From the IMG/VR virus record IMGVR_UViG_3300031707_000016, positions 1-62,003 of that record: a stretch of 62,003 nucleotides of DNA; one strand, 5' to 3'. This document shows positions 57,830-62,003 of this stretch, one piece after another. Origin of the DNA: a virus. Lineage: Duplodnaviria; Caudoviricetes. The position numbers and the translations under genes are program-made. Under the pieces are notes generated by a model that did not search any database, was not told where the DNA came from, and worked only from the letters and a program-made list of their open reading frames with translations. Each line of letters opens with the position of its first letter. Positions within the stretch are counted from its first letter, which is position 1.

Positions 57830-58111
57830 TCATGGTCGGTTGTCAATGATTACCCTAGATTCTTCCCACTCCTGAAATTTCTCAGGACTTTGGGCACAAA
57901 AAACATCCAAACATCCATGACACTCCATGTCATCGGGAGGAACATCACCTTTGTATTTGGGATGCCACTCACACTTTGTTATGTTTTCCTTCCGCCATTT
58001 TACAGTGGCGGCAAATTGACGCTCTACTTGCTCAAGGGTTGGAGGAGGCAACTTTTTCAGTGCTTCCATTTGGTCTTTCAACCATTGCGGTGCAGATATA
58101 ACGTCTTTCAC
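57830..58111 (-). CDS. hypothetical protein with CxxH and CxxC motifs
   Basis: 93-aa ORF, GTG start. Confidence 0.6.
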   Translation of the reverse strand: MKDVISAPQWLKDQMEALKKLPPPTLEQVERQFAATVKWRKENITKCEWHPKYKGDVPPDDMECHGCLDVFCAQSPEKFQEWEESRVIIDNRP

Positions 58112-58116
58112 AAAAT

Positions 58117-58190
58117 TGGTACGGAGTAGAGGTTCTGCCCCTCTGATCTCTCGGTGTAAGCGAGATTTGATACTATTTCAACAACTCCGC
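58117..58190 (-). tRNA. tRNA-Val(TAC) with non-canonical D and T loops
   Basis: TCTCG-CTTACAC-CGAGA; D loop AATAGTA; T arm AGAGG-GGCAGAA-CCTCT; ACCA. Confidence 0.85.
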
Positions 58191-58195
58191 ATAAA

Positions 58196-58286
58196 TGGCG
58201 GAAGGCTGAGGTCACGCTCCCCACACCCGTCTTAGGGGTGCATACGCATTTCAAGTGCGTTCCGAGTCTCACCCGGTTAACCTTCC
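58196..58286 (-). tRNA. tRNA-Ser(TGA), 8/4 cloverleaf with non-canonical D and T loops
   Basis: GGAAGGTT/AGCCTTCC; ACGCA-CTTGAAA-TGCGT; variable arm; GGGG-AGCGTGA-CCTC; GCCA. Confidence 0.85.
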
Positions 58287-58335
58287 ATCTGTCAATAAAT
58301 ATGACAGAAAATCTCAAAAATGTCAACTACTAAAT

Positions 58336-58409
58336 TGGTTGGTCTTGAAGGATTCGAACCTTCACAAAAAGCTTCAAAGGCTTCTGTGCTACCATTACAC
58401 CAAAGACCA
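58336..58409 (-). tRNA. tRNA-Gln(TTG)
   Basis: TGGTCTT/AAGACCA; loop CTTTGAA; TTCGAAT; ACCA. Confidence 0.92.
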
Positions 58410-58414
58410 ATGAA

Positions 58415-58726
58415 TTGTCAATAGTATGCTATTACGCCAAAGGGACGGGTTCTGCCATTGCAGTAATCAGCTGAATTCTGCTGACCAATCATGGTTCCAG
58501 ACAACTTGCCAATGTCAATTCACTGGTTCTTACAGTCACGATGTAATGTTTGCCTCCGAGCAACTCAGTTGAATACGTCAACCTTTCACGCCGCTATCAA
58601 ACTTTCACGGCGATATGATGTCACATGGAGACATGTTCCCACTTATTATAGGCACCAGACTTTTCAGTTGAAAAGTCTGATGAACTTTTCAGTTTGGCTG
58701 CCTCTAAGCCCACCTTCTACTGACAA
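58415..58726 (-). ncRNA. structured RNA mimicking 23S rRNA H43/H44 (L11-binding GTPase-associated centre) with a ~250-nt insert
   Basis: 5' AGAAGGTGGGCTTAGAGGCAGCCA, 3' GCGTAATAGC, closed by the 10-bp stem TTGTCAGTAG/CTATTGACAA. Confidence 0.75.
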
Positions 58727-58731
58727 ATTGT

Positions 58732-58807
58732 TGGTGGCCCTACTCGGACTCGAACCGAGAACTAATCTTTAGGAAAGACCTATGATGTCCAATTTCACCA
58801 TAGAGCC
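58732..58807 (-). tRNA. tRNA-Arg(CCT)
   Basis: Loop TTCCTAA; A20; TTCGAGT; ACCA. Confidence 0.92.
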
Positions 58808-58815
58808 ACTGTTGA

Positions 58816-59376
58816 TTAACGTCCCGCACGATACCCACGGCTGATTTCAGCGTCGGTAACGACTTCCTTCTTAGTCTCCACCACGGAGAACTTGCCAAGC
58901 GCACGGTCAGCGATTTTCTGATACGCATTGACCATCGTATCATAGAGGAAGTTGAAAAAGTCACCCGTGAGTCCCCACGCCAATGACCAAGGCCACCAAG
59001 CAATCCATCCCGTAAGACGTGCCTTGTGACCAGAGACGGAAATCTCGCTCTTCAATTCGGAGCGTTGTGAAGGCGTCAGTGTATTGCCATATTTTTCAGC
59101 ATATCGTGCCGCAGACTTTTGTACAAGACGATACCATTTGAAAACTGACCAAACGACGCCGACTAGGGCGTATCCACCGACAATGAGGGCGAGTGTTTGC
59201 CATCCCACTGCTATCAGCGGTTTCCAAAACACAATTCCTAGCACAATTGCTGTTATGCTTGGAGTGGCGTAATGGTCATTTTCAATAGAAGCGATGAAGA
59301 TGACGCTGGCGATGAGTGTGAGAGCCCAGAACCAAAAGGTTCCGAATGCGAATGTTGCGAGTATAGTTTCAATCAT
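58816..59376 (-). CDS. multi-pass membrane protein
   Basis: MIETILATF start after a TTGACA...TAAGAT promoter; several TM helices; WIAWWPWS. Confidence 0.7.
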   Translation of the reverse strand: MIETILATFAFGTFWFWALTLIASVIFIASIENDHYATPSITAIVLGIVFWKPLIAVGWQTLALIVGGYALVGVVWSVFKWYRLVQKSAARYAEKYGNTLTPSQRSELKSEISVSGHKARLTGWIAWWPWSLAWGLTGDFFNFLYDTMVNAYQKIADRALGKFSVVETKKEVVTDAEISRGYRAGR

Positions 59377-59422
59377 AGGTGTGCATCTTATCACATCTCC
59401 ATGATTTGTCAAGCTAAGAAAT

Positions 59423-59498
59423 TGGTGCCGCAACCGAGACTCGAACTCGGAACTTCGCTTTAGAAGAGCACTATGATGTCCAATTTCACCATTGCGGC
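59423..59498 (-). tRNA. tRNA-Arg(TCT)
   Basis: Loop CTTCTAA; same D arm as Arg(CCT); ACCA. Confidence 0.92.
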
Positions 59499-59514
59499 AT
59501 AGACTTTGCTTTTG

Positions 59515-59673
59515 TCAACGGGGTACAAAGTCCATACATCCCCGTATTACTTTGTTTCCAATAACAGGTACAGTTCCAACAATTCCAAAACAATCACTAT
59601 TGCGGTCGGCATAGCCTCCTACTAGGATTATCACTTCCTTGTTGCTGTTAGTAGCAGGTAATATACTGCTCAT
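59515..59673 (-). CDS. small hypothetical protein
   Basis: MSSILPATNSNKEV..., 52 aa between tRNAs. Confidence 0.4.
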   Translation of the reverse strand: MSSILPATNSNKEVIILVGGYADRNSDCFGIVGTVPVIGNKVIRGCMDFVPR

Positions 59674-59676
59674 ATT

Positions 59677-59750
59677 TGGTATCCCATAGGAGAATCGAAC
59701 TCCTGCTATCACCTTGAAAGGGTGTCGTCCTACCACTAGACGAATGGGAC
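59677..59750 (-). tRNA. tRNA-Glu(TTC)
   Basis: GTCCCAT/ATGGGAT; loop CTTTCAA; ACCA. Confidence 0.93.
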
Positions 59751-59757
59751 ATAAAAT

Positions 59758-59967
59758 TTATAGTGTCGCTGATGGCTTCCATTCGGAACGTGTAAAATAG
59801 ATACTACTATCTACAAATGGATTCCCATTGACAATCGGGCAATACTCTCCATTTATTCCTTGCCATTCCAAGACTTCAAACACGGTTCCTCTTGGAATAC
59901 GTGCATAATTATCGAGTTCATTGAACTGATAATCTTCTAACAATTCAATTTTTTTAGGATCGTTCAT
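59758..59967 (-). CDS. small hypothetical protein
   Basis: MNDPKKIELL..., ATGA overlap with the iscU stop. Confidence 0.6.
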   Translation of the reverse strand: MNDPKKIELLEDYQFNELDNYARIPRGTVFEVLEWQGINGEYCPIVNGNPFVDSSIYFTRSEWKPSATL

Positions 59968-60356
59968 TTTGACAATTGTCTCTTCTTGTAATCTTCCAAA
60001 GCAGCTTTCAGTGCTTCCTCGGCAAGAACCGAGCAATGGATTTTTACTGGCGGCAGACCGCCCAAAGCATCAACAACTTCTTGATTGGAAAATGTTTCCA
60101 TTTCCTCAATGGTGCGCCCCTTAATCAATTCCGTTGCCATTGAACTGGCGGCAATCGCCGACCCACATCCAAAAGTTTTGAACCGAGCATCTTGAATTCT
60201 CCCATCTTTTACCTTGATGGTTACTTTCATGATGTCACCACAAGCAGCTGCACCCACTTCTCCAATACCATCGGCATCCTTGATGTCACCCATGTTACGT
60301 GGATGCAAGAAATGGTCCATTACGGTATCATTATACAATGTGTAAGTTTCGCTCAT
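59964..60356 (-). CDS. iscU: Fe-S cluster scaffold, IscU/NifU N-terminal family
   Basis: DHFLHPRNMG, GAAACGD, FKTFGCGSAIAASS, LPPVKIHCSVLAEEA (three Cys and the LPPVK chaperone motif). Confidence 0.92.
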   Translation of the reverse strand: MSETYTLYNDTVMDHFLHPRNMGDIKDADGIGEVGAAACGDIMKVTIKVKDGRIQDARFKTFGCGSAIAASSMATELIKGRTIEEMETFSNQEVVDALGGLPPVKIHCSVLAEEALKAALEDYKKRQLSK

Positions 60357-60363
60357 ACTAAAT

Positions 60364-60449
60364 TGGTGCTGGTGGAGGGACTTGAACCCACAATGCCTTT
60401 CGGCTCTACATTCTGAGTGTAGCGTGTTTGCCAATTACACCACACCAGC
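60364..60449 (-). tRNA. tRNA-Leu(CAG)
   Basis: CTACA-CTCAGAA-TGTAG; variable arm GCC-GAAA-GGC; ACCA. Confidence 0.93.
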
Positions 60450-60452
60450 ATA

Positions 60453-60561
60453 GACAAGTTCAGCGTCACCCTTGGTTTCCTGCCACAGCAATTATTAGTC
60501 GCTGTTTGGGATTGCCCACACCTAGCCAAGAGATACGGCAATTCTCTGCGCCTTACTTGTC
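60453..60561 (-). ncRNA. orphan multibranch structured RNA
   Basis: GACAAGT/ACTTGTC; CTCTTGG/CCAAGGG; TGGG-CAAT-CCCA; ACAGCGA/TTGCTGT. Confidence 0.55.
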
Positions 60562-60564
60562 AAA

Positions 60565-60732
60565 TTATTTCTGCAAAACTCGCAGCACGAGTTTCGCCTT
60601 CTTCAACTTCTGCTCGGTCTTCTCAACCTCTTCGGGAGAAGAATTTTTGCGGAAGTTTGCACTTCGCAAACGAGTCTCAAGAAACTTGATGTAATCTTGC
60701 TCGTGTTGCAATCGCTTTGCGTCTTTGCTCAT
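60565..60732 (-). CDS. small basic helical protein, 55 aa (absent from ORF track)
   Basis: MSKDAKRLQHEQDYIKFLETRLRSANF...LRVLQK. Confidence 0.6.
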   Translation of the reverse strand: MSKDAKRLQHEQDYIKFLETRLRSANFRKNSSPEEVEKTEQKLKKAKLVLRVLQK

Positions 60733-60736
60733 AAAG

Positions 60737-60821
60737 TGGTAGCACCGAACGGATTCGAACCGATAAAGGATGACAAGTTCTAAGCTTGTTGCTTGTGCCA
60801 GCTTCGCTTATCCACGGTGCC
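60737..60821 (-). tRNA. atypical tRNA-Leu(TAG)
   Basis: ACAAG-CTTAGAA-CTTGT; TTCGAAT; ACCA; no variable-arm hairpin; insertion after the acceptor stem. Confidence 0.75.
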
Positions 60822-60828
60822 ACAAATT

Positions 60829-60912
60829 TGGTGCGGGTGGAGGGACTCGAACCCCCACGGATTTCTCCGGCAGATTTTGAGTCTGCTGCGGCTACCATTA
60901 CGCCACACCCGC
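60829..60912 (-). tRNA. tRNA-Leu(CAA)
   Basis: GCAGA-CTCAAAA-TCTGC; variable arm; ACCA. Confidence 0.93.
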
Positions 60913-60915
60913 ATA

Positions 60916-61061
60916 GACAGTAAGCGGTTTCCTACTTGTATTTCGTACTCCCTCGTCTATTGCTCCCATTTGTGGATGGTGTCATTTTCGTTCCACAGTG
61001 GTTACATACAACCGAACAAGCAAGACACGCCCCTTCGGTTTATTGACTTATCCATACTGTC
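60916..61061 (-). ncRNA. orphan structured RNA
   Basis: GACAGTA/TACTGTC terminal stem; AACCGAA/TTCGGTT; TGTGGA/TCCACA. Confidence 0.5.
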
Positions 61062-61070
61062 AAATTGTTA

Positions 61071-61235
61071 TGGGCTGAGTGCGTTTTCACGCAAGCCTTC
61101 ATGAAGGCGTCAACCTACCTAAGTCTTAAGCCTCGTAGGAGCGTCAAATCCATGTGTCCCTGAACGCTGTCTCACTATCGTAAAATGCTTCGATGGCACA
61201 TATTGTCGTGAGACTTTTTCCGACTTCTCAGCCCA
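61071..61235 (-). ncRNA. orphan multibranch structured RNA starting at a consensus promoter
   Basis: TGGGCTGAG/CTCAGCCCA; GTCTCAC/GTGAGAC; AGCGT/ACGCT; CCTAC/GTAGG; TGCGT-GAAA-ACGCA. Confidence 0.62.
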
Positions 61236-61242
61236 CGGGTGG

Positions 61243-61270
61243 ATTATACCACACATCAGGTGGATGTCAA
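61243..61270 (-). promoter_or_regulatory. consensus sigma70 promoter
   Basis: TTGACA-N16-TATAAT with TGn extension; late motif adjacent at 61273. Confidence 0.75.
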
Positions 61271-61298
61271 CCTATAAATACTGTGCCAAATTTGAAAG

Positions 61299-61374
<76 letters not shown>

Positions 61375-61576
61375 AAAATACCGCACTACTCTGGATGGGG
61401 AGAGCGTGTGCGGGAGTATTTTCTCCTTACCGGAGGTAATATATTACCCATCTGTTATCTCTCTATGGAGTGGAGCCTTGAGAGCGTGTCAAACTTTATC
61501 CACCATATCAACATGATTCACATGCTTTGTTGTCAGCCCCACAGTGTATAGACAACCTTCACCCGTGGGGAATTCA

Positions 61577-61801
61577 TTACTTGGCATCGGGAAGCGATGA
61601 CTCCAAGTCAAACTCAAACTGACCTGACGCCTTTGGAGCGAATGGTCTCAACATTTTTGAAAGTTCGTTCGGGAAGTCGAAGTAAAAACAGAGGGAATCT
61701 GTGCCAACATAAACGTTGGGACCGAGTTGCCGTTTAACCGCCTTGTCAAACGCCCGCATGTTCTCAAAGTCTTTTTCTTCAAATGTCAAGTGCAGTTTCA
61801 T
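61577..61801 (-). CDS. hypothetical protein
   Basis: 74-aa ORF downstream of a sigma70-type promoter. Confidence 0.6.
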   Translation of the reverse strand: MKLHLTFEEKDFENMRAFDKAVKRQLGPNVYVGTDSLCFYFDFPNELSKMLRPFAPKASGQFEFDLESSLPDAK

Positions 61802-61923
61802 AAATCAAGTCGCTTTTCTAACCTCCATGAGCCAGATATTCCACCGAGCGGCGAGTCCAAGGGGATTGTACTCTTGTGCCTCTGGTTCAGCGTCCTTTAG
61901 GAGGCTTTGTAATCATTGACTGT

Positions 61924-61951
61924 ATCATACACCATCTTGACGGAATGTCAA
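61924..61951 (-). promoter_or_regulatory. sigma70-type promoter
   Basis: Minus strand TTGACA-N16-TATGAT. Confidence 0.6.
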
Positions 61952-62003
61952 GCGGTAAAAAAAAGAAGGGGAAGGATTTCACGGGCGTTCCGGTTCCAAC
62001 ATG

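Noticed and set aside
51446-58286. tRNA-Sec identity for the long-acceptor tRNAs
   Set aside because: Anticodons are Ser (CGA, GGA, GCT, TGA), not TCA, and the fold is 8/4, not the bacterial 8/5
58438-58684. Insert as a group I intron in a captured rRNA gene
   Set aside because: No recognisable P7 or R/S core elements by eye and no flanking rRNA sequence; splicing cannot be fully excluded without cmsearch
61126-61176. 16S rRNA-like words (GAGACA, CTCCTACG) in the 165-nt RNA
   Set aside because: Short matches with wrong spacing and different pairing; likely chance

Overview
A 62-kb segment of a large T4-like (myovirus-type) bacteriophage genome, translated in standard code 11, with almost every gene on the minus strand. 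Positions 1-48.4 kb hold packaging genes (portal, terminase large subunit), a fused Mre11-Rad50 (gp47-gp46/SbcD-SbcC) nuclease, a primase, a PL7 alginate-lyase-family enzyme, a RuvC-like resolvase, a long tail/baseplate module (gp6-, gp25- and gp5-like proteins and many Ser/Thr/Gly-rich virion proteins) and a gp55-like late sigma factor. A recurring sense-strand motif ATAT(T/G)TAT is the probable late promoter. Positions 48.4-62 kb hold phoH, small membrane and secreted proteins, auxiliary metabolic genes (coaD, cysC-like kinase, iscU/nifU) and an RNA-dense island with 21 tRNA genes. The most unusual content is in this island: (1) an RNase P RNA (rnpB)-like gene with a much reduced specificity domain; (2) a ~310-nt RNA whose two ends rebuild the 23S rRNA L11-binding GTPase-associated centre (H43/H44) around a ~250-nt insert; (3) four tRNA-Ser isoacceptors with an 8/4 cloverleaf, three of which also have remodelled D- and T-loops; (4) about eight further orphan structured RNAs and two rRNA-type boxA elements. 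All calls come from motif recognition and manual folding. No database searches were run.
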